From: Laetmonice hystrix
Taxonomy: Eukaryota
Assembly (NCBI GenBank): GCA_965235115.1
Contig: OZ249436.1
Coordinates: 63,054,001 to 63,118,000, forward strand
DNA: 64,000 nt
Reading direction: 5' to 3'
Below are positions 1 through 46,361 of this stretch, piece after piece. Both the position numbers and the translations under genes were made by a program. The notes beneath the pieces were generated by a model that had not been told where the DNA came from, searched no databases, and was given only the letters and a program-made list of their open reading frames with translations. Each line of letters starts with the position of its first letter. Within the stretch, counting starts at the first letter, position 1.

Positions 1-625
1 TATACCAGGTAACTGGTGGTGTAAGAAACCAGATTGCTGTGTTTCTAAAGTAAACTTCACTTATACCCTTTTCTGGTCAGTATATGCTTGAGAGATCCTT
101 CTCTCTATATTATACATCGTCACCTTTTTCTCTAATATTAATACTCGACATTTACCCCGTTTTCTCTGCTGCTAGATTGAAATTGAAATTGAAATTAATC
201 TCAATCTTCGCCTCCGAAAATATGTTACCCCCCTGAAGGTTAACTGTTCGTTAAAGTTCTATTTAACAAGTTATGGAGGTTATGTAATGACCCTTGGCCA
301 GATCTCTAAGAACCTGCCAGAATGCCACTGGCGGTGACAAGGGACCTTAAGGAACAATGAATATAGATAAATGGACAGGGGAATAAACGGGACATCAGGA
401 CAGCAACGCTCTGTATATGGGTTCACTAAATGTTACATGCAGCTACACAGCCAACCAAACGCTATGGTTAGTGCCATCACACCGGCAGGTGATGGTGCTG
501 CCATCTGCCGGCAAGGCATGCCAGCTGTACATCGTCACTCGTCATGCAGACATGAAAATCTACATACTACTATCCTGGACGTTGCCAGGCTGGTGGCCCC
601 AGTGCCGCCTACTAAAGGCCCTTTC

Positions 626-32685
<32,060 letters not shown>

Positions 32686-34384
32686 CTGTAAAAGAATAAA
32701 GATTCACATTCGTCAAATACTAGTCAGTTGTAAGAGTGCATCAGCTTTGTTCGTACAATATTTAAGGGATTGTCAGCAGCCTCTTAAACAACAATACATT
32801 GCTGACACGATTCCAATAGTGGTATCTGCATACAGTGGCCATTAATATTGCCGATTTGGGCGAGAAATTATAACTCAGTTTGAAACATTTGCTGGACAAT
32901 TACTCTGAGTCGGTACATTAATTTTGTCTTAAGTCTCAAATAGTTAATACAGAAATGCGAATTTACGTTGCCACAAACAACTTATTCGAGGGGCCAGGCG
33001 GAATATTTCTGGTCATTGAGTGTACCTCAGATTGCCTAAGGCTAATAGTACCGATCCATAACATCCCGTGTTATTTGAATTGTGTCGGTGGAGTACTGCA
33101 TGAAAACCAATTCATATAAAGGTCAGTGCAACATCTAGCAGACTAGCATCTAAAGTTAAAAGATGCCTTGACATTTGGATGACAGATAAGACTACGGTTG
33201 CTTTGGTTGCCTTTACTTTATTCTACAGTCCAGGGGATCAGTGGCGCCCCCTTCTGATGAAAAAGACAGTCGACTCATTTGACATCAGTGAGTGAACCTG
33301 GTATCGGCCTGAGAATTCAGAACTGGAATACGTGGAGACGTGGACCGAAACATTCAACTTATAATCTCTGCCCGATTACACGCGCGCACCTTTCGTCCCG
33401 AAAGTTGACTGTTTGAATATCTAACTTGCTATTTATTAGCTGTGTAGCTGTTTCACAATCTACTCGCTACGAGACAGATCACGAACATCCCCATCCACCT
33501 CCTTCATAAAGCCCTCCTTGTTACCATTCGTCTTCAATCAGCCACTTTTAAGGTTCCTTAATACAATGGGAAAGCCGCTTAATAGACTTTGCACCATGAG
33601 TGATAATACCCTTAATGTGCCGGGCTGGCCCAAAGTCTATTAGCACTGCGCACTATGGAAGAGTAATTAGTTGGATGTGATACGAGGAGCGAGGCAGCCA
33701 GCCGGAGCACCAACTTTTACCCCACCGCTGCCGGTAACAGCTGCTGAGCTGCATGAGAATGAACCTAACCCATGGTGAATTGAAGTCTCAAGTTTGAATC
33801 ATGGTAGTGTAGGAATCGGCGGCGCAAACTTCACACGGTGATGTATCACACTTAGAAAGGGCGACGTCCCACGACACGTTCACCTCTCAGTGTCCATCAC
33901 TCGTCGCCGGTCACATTTATATGTAAATTACACCATCAAATAGTACTCGTCCTACCTCGGCTATCCCTAAACGATGGAAGCGAGGCCTGGGAATATCTTT
34001 CTTCTCGGGCTCAGTTACCGTCACGAGCCACCCCTTTTGACCCTGCGATACTACAAAGGTATCTCGTATCCTTGATAATAACACTAGAAGATTCCATTAC
34101 TGCCTCTCCAGCTTTTGTGACTAAGGAAAGCACGCCTTAATTAGAATGAAATCGCATCAGTTCATGACTATGACATGTAATCTTCAACGCAATAAATTAT
34201 TTGGTGGAAAACACTTAGAATCTTCGTTTCATTTCCTGCGTCAAATAACCATTTGGGTGTACTACTTAGATAATTCCGGACGTTCAGAACGTACACATTC
34301 AACACGAATCAGAGGTTCCAGTTATACTATAGTACTGGTATAGGACTGCCGGTAGAAAAGAACAAAGACGTCACTATATAAAGA

Positions 34385-34770
34385 TGAAAGAAAACACTAG
34401 CCGCCATCAACAAGCGCTGGTGTACACAGAAGATAGTCACTTGCTTTGATGCATCTGTTAACCTCATTGACATGTTCAGTTCAGGGAAAGGGTATCGAAC
34501 TTAATTTCTCAAGTCTATTTTGGGCATGTACGCGTGCCACATCGCACGTACCCGTTTGTTGTTAACCATGCCATCAAACACTTGGGACTTAGGCTAACCA
34601 AGGTCATTTGGCAAAAGATAATGACCTTGACACAGTTGTGTTACATACTCCATGGGTTTACATCATGTACACGGAGGCTTCATAAAAGTTTAATTGACTC
34701 CTGAGTCCTAGGAAGGTCTGACTGACTGACTGACTGACTGACTGACTGACATTCGCTCACTCACTCACTC
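34385..34770. repeat. Degenerate HINE-like fragment ending in (GACT)n/(CACT)n microsatellite
   Basis: (CTGA)n at about 34718-34750, preceded by a gaccttga-containing core resembling 6773-8437. No terminal hairpin was found. Confidence 0.4.
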
Positions 34771-35042
34771 CTGCTAATGGGGAAGATATACCGACGATGG
34801 CCACTGTGATTTGCTCGTAGGACCTTATTCTATGTATGCAGCGATGAATCAGGTTGACATTACGTGGCCCCGCCCTCGGAAATCTCTTTTTCAAAACTCA
34901 ACAATAACGAATTCTAATGTGGGCAGGGTGGGCTGCTGACCTCTCCATTCCGGTCTCAGGTCGGCTAGGCAGGGTCACGTTCATGGTCCTCATCCAACCG
35001 GGGGGACCTTCAATCACGTGATCATTCCGCCTCGTGAAGCTG

Positions 35043-35055
35043 CCGCTAGGTGGCG
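35043..35055 (+). promoter_or_regulatory. CTCF-like motif
   Basis: CCGCTAGGTGGCG fits the core CCRCYAGRKGGCR. Confidence 0.45.
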
Positions 35056-35512
35056 GCATATGGCGTCAACAGGATACAGCAGCGCACACCGCCGCCCATT
35101 ACACAGGCTGATGGGCCAGGTCGGAATTAATGACTACCATATACATGGCCTCCAGCCTGGCCGGACTGGCCTGAGCTCGGGCCATTTGGCGGCGTGGGGG
35201 CGGACCTTTGATCCTTGTGTTCCCGTGTCCACGCCAACCTGGGCGTGAACGGTCATGGCCACCCGATTCACGACAGAGTGGTATTAGTCTCCTCATTGAT
35301 CTTGATACACCGGGTAAGTTTATGAGATCCGGCTCAGGTAGAGCAATGATAGGTACAGGAAATGCAGAATGCTACTGCTCTATTTCAAAAAAGTCTCTTT
35401 AATAACAGACCACTGAATAAAAATCATGTTATAAATGGGGCCATGTCCGATACATGTGCGGCAACGAATTACGATAACATTGTGAGGTGAGCGGGAGGCG
35501 GGGGGGGGGGGG

Positions 35513-35637
35513 TATTACGAACAATATTGTGAGGGGGATATTATGAACAATATTGCGAGGGGGGATATTATGAACAATATTGTGAAGGGGGATATTATGA
35601 ACAATATTGGGGGGGGGGGGGTATTATGAACAATATT
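35513..35637. repeat. About 26-bp minisatellite, about 5 copies (tattatgaacaatattgYgaggggga)
   Basis: Direct repeats with variable G-run length. Confidence 0.85.
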
Positions 35638-36589
35638 TAGAAAGCGATCAGTCCGACGTTTAGAACTCATGCATGCATGCATGCATGCTGGGCCATGTGC
35701 TGCGAGGGACAGTATTCCAGACAATATTAAAAGGTTGAAAATGGCCTACGAAAGGTTTGGTGGTATCTAAAGTAAAATATTGTGTTGGTTTTTTTGGGGC
35801 TACGGTTAAAGGTCAGCGAGTACCGTACTTAAAAAGTTCTCCAAATAAAATTATCAACCCGGGTATTTGCACACAAATGCACGAGACTGCTCTCACTTTC
35901 TTTGCAATTTGTCCACCACCTTTGTGCTTTATAGTTCAAGTGAAGATCTTTCAGCTTGGCAACTCCCTCGGCCTCCCTAAAATGCCTGTAATTTCCCACA
36001 AGAAAGCTGGATCCTGCGTTAACGTTGAGGGGCTGGCTTTCGGCAGCCAGTGTAGCCCCCCCCCCCCCGCCTGTTCCCCAGCGGTCAGTACGCTGCTGCC
36101 CGACCAACAGGCCTGCTGCCAGGCACCAGGATGTGACCACTTTCATGCTACACGGCCAGCAGGCATCCAGTGAGAGGATCAGGTCACCTGATAGCATGCT
36201 GCTGCCCGCCGTCAGCCAGCACTATAATAGGCCCTATCTACAACCAATCAGCTACCAATCCGTCCTCATCCCACACCGCCTAGTTCCCACCCGGCTCTAA
36301 TCTGCCGCTGATACCAACCTCATCAATGGCCTTTAACGTCCCCCAACCCACATCTCTCTTTTTCCCCCCACTTCTTTCCGCCTCTCCCCGAGAGAACTTT
36401 CTTCCTTTCCTCATTGCCCAAACCTTACATGCTCACGACACCTTCCCCTTCATCAAGGCATACATATTTTATAGCTTAGTCTGGTTGATGGAAACCCCTG
36501 CGACAAATAGGTATCCAAGTACACCGGCCAGAGCAATTACCATGGCATCATTCAAGAGTCAATACTGGAATGACTGGTTGGGGTCCACC

Positions 36590-36690
36590 GAGGGCGTACC
36601 GGCGCTGAGGGCGTACCGAAGTCGAGGTCGCGCAGAGGGCGTACCGAAGTCGAGGGCGCGCAGAGGGCGTACCGAAGCCAAGGGCGCGCA
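36590..36690. repeat. GC-rich 28-bp tandem repeat (gagggcgtaccgaagtcgagggcgcgca)
   Basis: Three full copies and one partial copy. Confidence 0.85.
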
Positions 36691-39600
36691 CCTTCAAAAA
36701 TGATATTCTGCATACTTGTTGAGAATGCAAAGAACCTCTGTTTGATTATTCTTTTCCAAGCATATATCCAATAAATGGAGTTTGCCTTTTGAAATATTTG
36801 CGTTACAAGGTATTATTTCAAACTTAGTACCAAGCAAACGAAATGAAAGTCAGCCAAACTGGACCCACCATCCACAGATCGAAGATAGTGCTTGGTACAG
36901 TTCACATGTGTTCCAGTGATCTTTATGTAAATATTTGTCACGGCTTAAAGACACATCATAAGACTCTGCTGGCCACTTAAAGCTAAACTCTTACCTTGGT
37001 AATAGTCAAACCTTCCCTTTACATCCCTCACATATTGAATGGTCCAGTTGGGCCGTCCACTCCGCAATTCCAGCGGACTGATCGCTTGTTTTTAAGATTA
37101 AAAGACTACTCGGTCGAGTATGACCGGCAACTTTTTCATCCCATCCAATGGAAGGGCATAGCAGCTTCTCCATATTCTATCTCCCCTCCGTGGATTCCTG
37201 GTGGCTGTTATTGATATTTGGTATGACTCTCTCCCAAGTATATTTTCCACTATGTTGCTAATATCAATAACCACATTCTTCAAAATGGGTCCCTCCTATG
37301 TGGAATGGATCATTTTTATGCACGCTGATAACAGTTGATTGGAAACAACAATGTCTGTTTTAATATTCAATATTGTTGGAAAGTCAATTTAATAAAATGT
37401 CTCACTGTACGATGCAGTCAAAACGTTTCTAGATGCAATTGTGACGACAATGCAGGCCTCAGCTTTGTGTACCGTTTCCTATGGCTTTCAGTCAAATCAT
37501 TGACTACATTTCATGGTTGGTAGGATGGTGCAGCCACTTGGTGTCTGATTACGGCTGCAGGTGGCTGAGGCTTTGGTGCAGTCGGGAAGGTCATGACACC
37601 GATTTCGATGTCAAGGCCTCATTTCTGTCCAAGGCTAAGTGAGTTTGCATGGCCTGGTTTCTATCAACGGGACTTCTCCCATACACCACGAGTGAACGGC
37701 TTAGTCTGCGAGCCTTTAGTGGAAAATGAGCCTTTAGTGGAAAATGCTTTCGGGAGGCTATTCAAAGTACATTTCAAAGGGCAAAGCAGTCTTCAGTATC
37801 ACCTTGTGTCCCCAGCAATATCGAACTATTAGATCTCTATGGTTTAGCACGTAGTTCATCAGGTACCGAAGTCACGTATTACAATGATTTCCCACCTTTA
37901 GCTCCACTATGGTAAACATTCTCATCGACCATCGCGTATTTTAACTTTATTGTAATAGCCTGCTAAATCCTCTTACATTTCATATCCTACTTAGGCCTTG
38001 GGCTCGGTGGGTACGTTATACCAGAGACCTATACTAAATTTATATACCGGACTATGGTTATACTCTCTGTGTAAAATACACCGCCTTGACACAAACTCCA
38101 GAGTTTCTCCATCCAAACAATTAATTTCTAAAACCTCTCCGTACGCTATCTCGTTACCGTACGCGTATTTCAAGTTAAGCCTTGGTCGGTATCACAATAG
38201 GATTGTCCCTAATTAAAATGCCATGTGATCTGAGGCGCGTCATCAAGCCAGCTGATGCCAATATCATGGGCAGTCATAAATTTTCTTGATCAGATTCACA
38301 ACTAAACTGAGACTTTAATACATGAATTAGATATTACAATAATTTTTTTTTCAAATGACGATTAGAAGCTTTGATCATGAAAATTAAGTGCAAAAACAAC
38401 ATCAAAGATGTGAAGTTGGAAATATTCTTTCTTATGGCTTAAGCAACTATCCTGTCCTTTTACACCCAATTATTACTCCTAATTGGCTACAAATTCGCAT
38501 TTGCCTTGGCTGTACGACTGGGGTAATAAACTCCAGTAGGCCTACCCCGTATTTATTTGTCACAGACCCTAATTAGGAAGGGACTTACTACAGCTTTAGG
38601 AATATGCCTCAAGATATTTCGACAGAGACGTCCTGTTTAAGTTAACATGTATGATCTTCTCTTGATAAGTAGCTAACTACAGGTAAAAGAAAATGGTGTG
38701 AACAGAAACTTGATGTAGGACTTTCATTTCGTCACTTACAGTAAGCGCAATTATGCAGCCACTTAGGTAGGTTTTGGAGATATGGGTGACCACGACTGAC
38801 CTTTGATGGCCACCTTAGGTACATTCCAATCTGAGTATACGTGTACTTAATGCGACGGTGGTCAAATTGGAGATTGCGAGTTGGGGGCTAAAAATAAAAT
38901 TCACTCAGAGAAGTAAAGGCAGAGTGTTAAAAATTAGTACATTTGGACTGTTTCTTGTTATTGCGGAAGCTACATTTTGCGTATTGAAATAACCTTGCCC
39001 ATGGGTTTGGGATCGGTCGGACGGTTTACACATAGCCAGCCGTCGGTCATCTCAGCTTCTGGCTTTCTCCGAGTTAAAAGCCACTTACGCAAAGCTTTAA
39101 AAATGACCATGCAGCTTGGTGAACTGATTAGCCTAACCTGAAACCAACCTACTCCTCTCTGGGTGCTTTCTGCAGCCGTTTTATTCATTAATGCTGGAAC
39201 TTCCTGCCATTTGTAAAAACTCCACGAAGACCACATCCGCTTCGAAGGCCTCAAGAAGGAAGCATCATGTAAGTGGCCCTATACAGATCCCCCCTGCTTT
39301 ACTTAGTAAAACATGGGAAGGGCATGAAATCACATGTACCTTTATGTCGTAGTTAGAGTTAGCCACCAAGTGAACGTTCTCCAAACCTCGCACACGGATG
39401 GCATTCCACGTGACGTACAAACAGCAGCAGGTCCTGCCGTCCTCCTCCGTCAACTTCTAACGGTCTTTTCGCTTTCCATCAACGTCAAAGAAGGCGTAAC
39501 CGGACTCGAACTCTTTTCTTTGGACATCTTCCATGACAGCCCGGTAGTGTTCACCCTTCCAGAAATAACATTTATGACGTTTGATTTCTGACATCTGCGG

Positions 39601-41384
39601 CTTTCCTGCACCTTGTGATATTTTGGCTCTTTGTAACCTGGTCTGCCATCTAACAATCCCGCTTCACCTTCGTAGTCATGACATCTTAATTCGCAAGCCA
39701 CCACATGGTCCAATTCTCAAATAACGTCGCCAGGTAGCTCGCCCCGGGCCGACGTGTATCAGAATATTGATTGAGCCCCCCACCCCCAACCCCCCTAGAA
39801 TAAAAGCGACGTAATTCCAGGGTATTTCATCGAAGGGATCTACGTGATAGCTCAAGGAGTGCCTGTAGAGTTACCGCACTCCGTCTAGTACTGGACGGAC
39901 ACCAAGATATATATTATTCTGGGAACAGCCTGGTCGATGTATAAAATCAGAGTTTAGGTTATTCAATTTCTATTTGCAAGCAGTAGCCGGAGATGATCGA
40001 CTGTCACCAAATATAGACGAAAACAGTCCTCCGTATCTGGCGGTCGCTGTCTCCCACGCACTGTCAGTGTGCTCCACCTGAGGCAGGCTCTTTAGGGTCA
40101 ATGTCCGCTCAGACATCGAATTCACGAGGCCTTTGGGACAGTAATACGGAAAATAGGTTCGACTGCACCATTAGAATGACATCAAGAAGTCCAGTCTCAG
40201 GAATCATCTATGATCACATTATCATGTGAAGGCAGAAGGACATAATACAGCAAACATCTGCATTCGGTACGTCATCTACGCTGTCAAAACGGGATATGTT
40301 CATGAAAACATTCCGTGTCCTGCCCTTGTATGTCAAGAGCATCCACTCATGGCTTCAGTGTCCTTCACACATCATGTGAAATCACAACCTTTATTATGAA
40401 GCAGTCAACTTTTCTTCAATGCACTTTTATTTGGTTACATGATTCTACATGTAAACAGGCGAAGGCCAAGGTGACCCCTGTAGAGATCATAAACTGAGGG
40501 AATTATTCCAAGGCATGATGCCAAAATCATGAAACGACCCTGATGGCGACTTTCAGGTCATGATTAGTAGTAAGTTAGTGCGTGTCTATCCATTTGAGTT
40601 AATTTCCACAAAGCCCGGTCTTCTCACGCAATGTCAAAGGTCAATGAAAATCCTTAATATTCGTCTAAATCTGTAACATTCATTTGTGGTTCAAACATAT
40701 AACAACAACCCGACAACTAGGTAGAAAAAAAAACCTGGTTTGTGCAGAGCTCCCAACATTTGGACTTCAGAATTTACTCGACAGGGGGTGACCAATGTGT
40801 CGCGGCATGAGGATACAAAAGCATAGTGAATTGCCCCAGTGATTATAGACCACAGCCTACAAATAAATGTTTTTAAAATTTACTAGACCAAGGACATTTG
40901 TACTGTGGTTCTGTTTGTGCCAGTCGACATAGGGGCCAGAATTCTAATTATACTCACCAAGTACTGAGGTGGCTTTACTCTTACAATCATCAATGATATT
41001 CATGCATGGATTTGGATACCCAAAAAAGAGTAACACAGATCGGAAAATTTCCGCCAAATTCAGAAGGGCTAGGAGGGGTATGCCTTGTGTATCTCCATTA
41101 TTAAACTTTCATCATCGACGTAGATATCTTGGATATACCAAGATGGACGAAATGGATATGATATCCTGGGTCAGATTACCAAAGATGACCTTGACAAAAC
41201 TAAAGTAGACCTTGACAAAACTAATTCTACCCAGCCGCGGCAGGTGCAATGGCAGTGGTAGTTCATCAGCTCACCGGCTCACTGGTCTCACCTGATGCCA
41301 CTCTACTTCGGTCTCAGCGACACAGTCGAAATCATAGTGTCCTCATGCTAAGAAACATTTTGTCAAACAAAGCCTGATGACATC

Positions 41385-41740
41385 ACTGCAGCACTGTAGG
41401 GGTGTTTCCTTTACGAAGGTACAATACCCCACAGCAGCACTGTGTAGGAGAGGTGGTGTTTGTTTTACAAAGGTGCATTCTCCCACAGCAGCATGGATAG
41501 CAGAGGTTGTTTCTTTACAGTCTATTACTCAACAGCAGCACTGTATAGCAGAGCAATTTCTTCACGACATATATCCAGCTCATCAGCACCATATGGCAGA
41601 GTCGCTTTCTTTCGGAGGTCAAATTACACGTTAAAAGCAGTGTATAATAGAGATTGATTCTTCAAAAAGGCCCTTTACACCACATTAGCTGTGTCTAACA
41701 GAGGCTGTGCCTTTACAACGGCCCATTACACCGCATTATC
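41385..41740. repeat. Old degenerate minisatellite, period about 47-54 bp
   Basis: acagcagca recurs at 41431, 41485 and 41532 with tag(c/g)agag...tttac flanks. Confidence 0.55.
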
Positions 41741-44374
41741 ATGACCATAGATGTTGTCCCCCACCCCACCCACACAGACACACCTGGACATATGTGGCAG
41801 GGCCAGGGAAAGCAATAACACATTGTGTGTACGGCCTGTTAGCCGAGCTCACTCCAGCTGCGACCCCCTCCTGTACGTTACGTGAGAACACGTACCTATG
41901 TAAGATACTACGGTAAACTCTGTACAACAACTACAACCACAACAACAACAGGAATCACCGAATCTCTTAGCTCGCGTTTCACATCACAAACCGGCCAAAC
42001 AATACAGTCACACCGAATGAAAGCAGAAAGCTGCTTTAGTTGTAGTACGCCATTGTTTCGATAGCAACATGAGGTCCTACCCGGCATGCAGGCTTCAGTG
42101 TATGATCAATCTCAAGAGTGACTTTTTACCATGACATCGGTTCATAATCAACTGGGACGGGTGAGAAAGAAGATCCGTCCTTGTCAAACATATCACATTA
42201 CGGTTCCTAGAGGACCCAGGACCATACTCATATCAGTACTAATTAAATCCTATCCGTTAATAGAATGTAGTCACTCTTCAATCTTGATTTTAGACGCTTG
42301 CCTTTTCGTAACAGTTGTATCAGTATATTGGACTTCATGTTAAATTTTTTACAGAACCGATTGAATTCCCTATCTCCCTAACATATCTCTAAAACGTAAG
42401 GATAGATGACAGGTAAGGAAGACTCGACGTGTTCCATGCATGAACGAAAACATTGCCAGCATGCATAAGCCGATCAGAGACCACTCCCTTCCCATGCCGG
42501 GAAGCCTGGTCCTGGCTTCATACCGCTTCAGGTGGAGGGATAAATCATAAAGAGGTTGCGACAGGCGATGACATCGATACTGCTTATGTTTTGGGGACAT
42601 GGTGGTGTTCAATACATCATTGTCACGTCAGACGACGTGCAGGCTGAGGCAGCTCCAGTCTGCCCGTCTTTAGCGGCAATTCCAGCACCACCAACCACCA
42701 CGCTGTCCTTAGGATGACGACGATGATGATGCTACAAAAGGTGTCGCAAGCTGCATGCTGGCCAGGCCATCAGAGCCGAGCACTCAAATCGCTATTTTAA
42801 GACCTGGTAGAGTCCCTCTGCCTGTTGTGCCTTCGCCCCTCCCCCCTACCCATCCATACGGTAAACCCCTCGGATTCAGCCGTGTGCAAGATGGATTTTA
42901 CCTGTCTGCCCGACAGGTGGCCACCCTCGGTCACCCCTTTGTAGCCGGATCACCTGGGCCCGCCGTTTTAGGCAGAGGTCCACTGTGCCTCATCTCCCAA
43001 ACCACCGGCCATACATGGCTCCGATAACGGCTTGTAAAGCGCAGTAGGTTCGCCGCACCTTTACGTTATCACCTTGCCCCCAGGCCCCCTGAACCGGAAG
43101 GCGATCACTGTATTGGACGTCTTTCCTTCCTGAGAGACATAAAAGGGGACAAGTCGGTTCGCTATGTCATACACACACAACGTGTCCTGCACGTCGGCGG
43201 CTCAATATGTCAAGACGCCATTAGCATGCATTGCGCCTGATGTCTACTGTGTGAAAGCGGCCGTCTACTTGTTGGTGACAAACGAGCAGGGTGTGTGTAC
43301 AGGCTGGGCGTGGCTGTTCGCCGCGGCGCCCGTCCACGCTGCCGTTGTGACTCCCTCCCTCCGGGCGGGGCGGCCGGGGGTTGCAGTGAAAGATGTCATC
43401 TCCGCTGAACTAATGCAAACTACACGATCATCAACCATTATGTCTTGGCCGAACGCTGTCATACTTTAAGCGGTTCACTAAGTAGCATGAGGTAGAGAGG
43501 AGGGGTTCGGGGCAGTTCCCTACACCTGGGAATCGACTAAATATAACCCGATACATCATCCGCGCCTGTGTGGCGTTTCGCCCACAATACTGATCACCTG
43601 TACAGGAGGCTGCTAATTAACACGCTGTGAAACTTCATCATAATGTAATAACTCTCGCCTACAAACACTTTTGCCATTAGCACCAAAGATGGCCCAATGC
43701 AGGTACCCTTCCTATCTCCAGTTTTCTGATTTGTGATACAGTCATATCATATCTACAACAACAAAGATTGAGTCCAATAGGTTTTCCTAAGGAGATTACA
43801 GCAGGAATGACATGGTAATTACGGATTTATTTCCGCCTAGATTTCCAATGGTGAGGTACTACATTGTCCTTTTTCTTTTCTAGATATATACAGACTAGTA
43901 AAATAATACTAGTAAAGTTTATATAAAAGTAGGAATGTGGAATTTCCTAGAGATACGGCCACGCGTGTCCTACGTGTTCAAAACGTCGCGGCTGAGTGGT
44001 GTCAGGGTCATAACGCCATGCTACCCAAACACTTTATGTGGCAAATTTAATATTGAGCGGGTTATATATGTGGTAGGGTTAATCGCAAGTAAATGGAACA
44101 CATCTGTAATTTGTCCATAATGGCCCTATACTACCTCATCATCAATTACATAAGAGAACTGGTGGTCCAACCGGTCTGCTCATCTAGCGACCTTCACAAT
44201 ACTTGCCCAATAACTCCATGGCCTCCCCTGACAAAGGCATCCACTAATTGTTACTATTGATCATCATGTGTAGCTCCATCTGGGAAAGCATGGATTCCGT
44301 CCCATCTCGGGAGATCTGTGTAGGGGGGAGGGGTCCATTGTCAGGACTGCTCGACCACCAAAGCTTTCGTTTTA

Positions 44375-44508
44375 TGGACCGAGTGGGCATGGGATTGCTA
44401 TGCGATTGGGTGCAGTAATCTTGGGGCTGGGGTTGATTCCAACAGGGTCCAACAATTTTTCTCTTTCCGGACATTCTGAAAGTAAAGTGGGTTACACCTG
44501 ATGCCCGT
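44375..44508 (+). mobile_element. tRNA-derived SINE-like repeat (copy 2, degenerate)
   Basis: Shares agtgggcatgg, tgctatgcga.tgggtgcagtaatctt, ttttctcttt..ggacatt and gggttac.cctgatgcccgt with 9865-10010. Confidence 0.6.
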
Positions 44509-45181
44509 ACACAGTGGAGATAGAGTCCTATCTCCGCTAAATAATCACAGGCATTTGCAATTTCCGATACTATGACATACCATTCGGCGGCGGCCAAAAC
44601 ATACCCTCATTCCGGTAACGTCAATGGTGGTTGTCCTGGCCGGATTTCACCAGCAAAACTGTTTTACAGACTTCCTTCCTTCCAACCAGTACGGCATATA
44701 TTTGAGCAAATCCTTATCCCCTCTTTCAAAAAATAATTTTAATTTCCTTTGCCATTCATTAAGCTACATTAATCTTGTAACCGCGCATCTAATGAAATCA
44801 CACATAGAGGATTTTTCTCTCAAAGTGTCCGGGTTTAACTATAATCCATGGTAATCCATTGTTGGGCCATTCCTGTGGTTGCTCGCTGTCACGCAAGTCG
44901 TCGCTATGCCAGTGACAGACACTACGACTTGACTCAGGCTTTAAGCAATTAGTCAACACAAGATTAAAATATCTGATCCATCTGATTTTCTGTCCCACTG
45001 ACGTTTGCCTATCTCTCCTTACACGGAATTTTCATATTGGAGTCTCGTGTGCTGCAAAGACAGTCCTAACATGGTAATCTATTGAACTAATAATGCCATA
45101 TAAACAACCAAGGTAGAAGTGGCAGTTTTTCCCAGTTTGCTACTGATGGGTTATGGACCGGTACAGTCATTGTCGTTTGAA

Positions 45182-45194
45182 CCACCAGGTGGCG
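45182..45194 (+). promoter_or_regulatory. CTCF-like motif
   Basis: CCACCAGGTGGCG fits the core CCRCYAGRKGGCR. Confidence 0.45.
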
Positions 45195-46197
45195 TACATT
45201 GAGCCGACATGATGGCGCAGGAAACACCCCAACGTCAAACACATTTAATTTGACGAGGTCCTTTCCACCTCAGCCTGACGAAGGAATGGGACGAGATTAT
45301 TTCCCCCTTTCATTTTTTAAACTAAAGTAACACCGTATCCGACCGAAACACCAATTTGTTGAGTTGCTGCTTCGTGCACCTTCGTACCGAAAATCATTCA
45401 GAGTGGTTGTAAAACCTGGCTAGGTTCCAAGACAACGGAAGAGCAGGGGCCTAATCATTCCATAGGCATAGATAGAGAGTCAGTTTAGGTCTATGATCAT
45501 TCTAAGCATACGGATGATCCGTTTAATTTCCATCTGCTCTTAGAGTTCGTTTGCACACCCTCTTCCAAATTTCAGTTTCTCCGAGCCACATTTAAGGTAA
45601 TTAATCATGGAGTGTAGGGAGTTCTGTGCCCAACATGGGTTTGCTGGCCAATTTTACAATCGTAGAGTGCTGGCGATGTCCAGCCATACCTTGTGCCTAA
45701 TGGCAGATCAAAGGCCCAGCCCCACCCTGCCGCGCCAAGCCTAGCAATCCCCGGTGGTTCCCTGTCATCCCCGGTTGTGGCGTCAATGGTCTCTGCGCAT
45801 GCCGAGTGTGCTGCCACCGCTGGAGAACAACGTGCTTCCACCGCTGCTACATCATTCACTTAAGGTGTGGCGAGGGCTGAGATTGTTCAAGGTGTGCCAA
45901 CTTCAAAGGACCGCCACCCCCTCCCTCCCTTTATGGCTGCCAGGTTGATTGTTCAATCAGCAGCTCCTGTCGACAGCCTGACACTGCCTCCAAACGGTCC
46001 CCAAACTCGACACGACAATGCTGTCAGACATGGTGGTATACCTACTGGAACGAGATGGCAAATTATTTTTACTCCCCCCTCCTCTGTCGAATTCCTTCAC
46101 CCGTTAACTATCAGAAGGAAAAATAAAAATATATGAATGAATGAATAAATAAATAGTGAGTAAATGATGGTGCTTTGACGCCGTGTCGGCATCTAAG

Positions 46198-46361
46198 NNN
46201 NNNNNNNNNNNNNNNNNNNNNNNNNNNNNNNNNNNNNNNNNNNNNNNNNNNNNNNNNNNNNNNNNNNNNNNNNNNNNNNNNNNNNNNNNNNNNNNNNNNN
46301 NNNNNNNNNNNNNNNNNNNNNNNNNNNNNNNNNNNNNNNNNNNNNNNNNNNNNNNNNNNNN
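46198..46361. other. Assembly gap (164 N)
   Basis: Run of N with A-rich flanks on both sides. Confidence 1.

Noticed and set aside
40958-40963. Second 6-nt microexon (cag|TACTTG|gtgagt)
   Set aside because: The upstream tract is purine-rich with extra AGs and no UGC, and insertion would fall within the C1B zinc finger.
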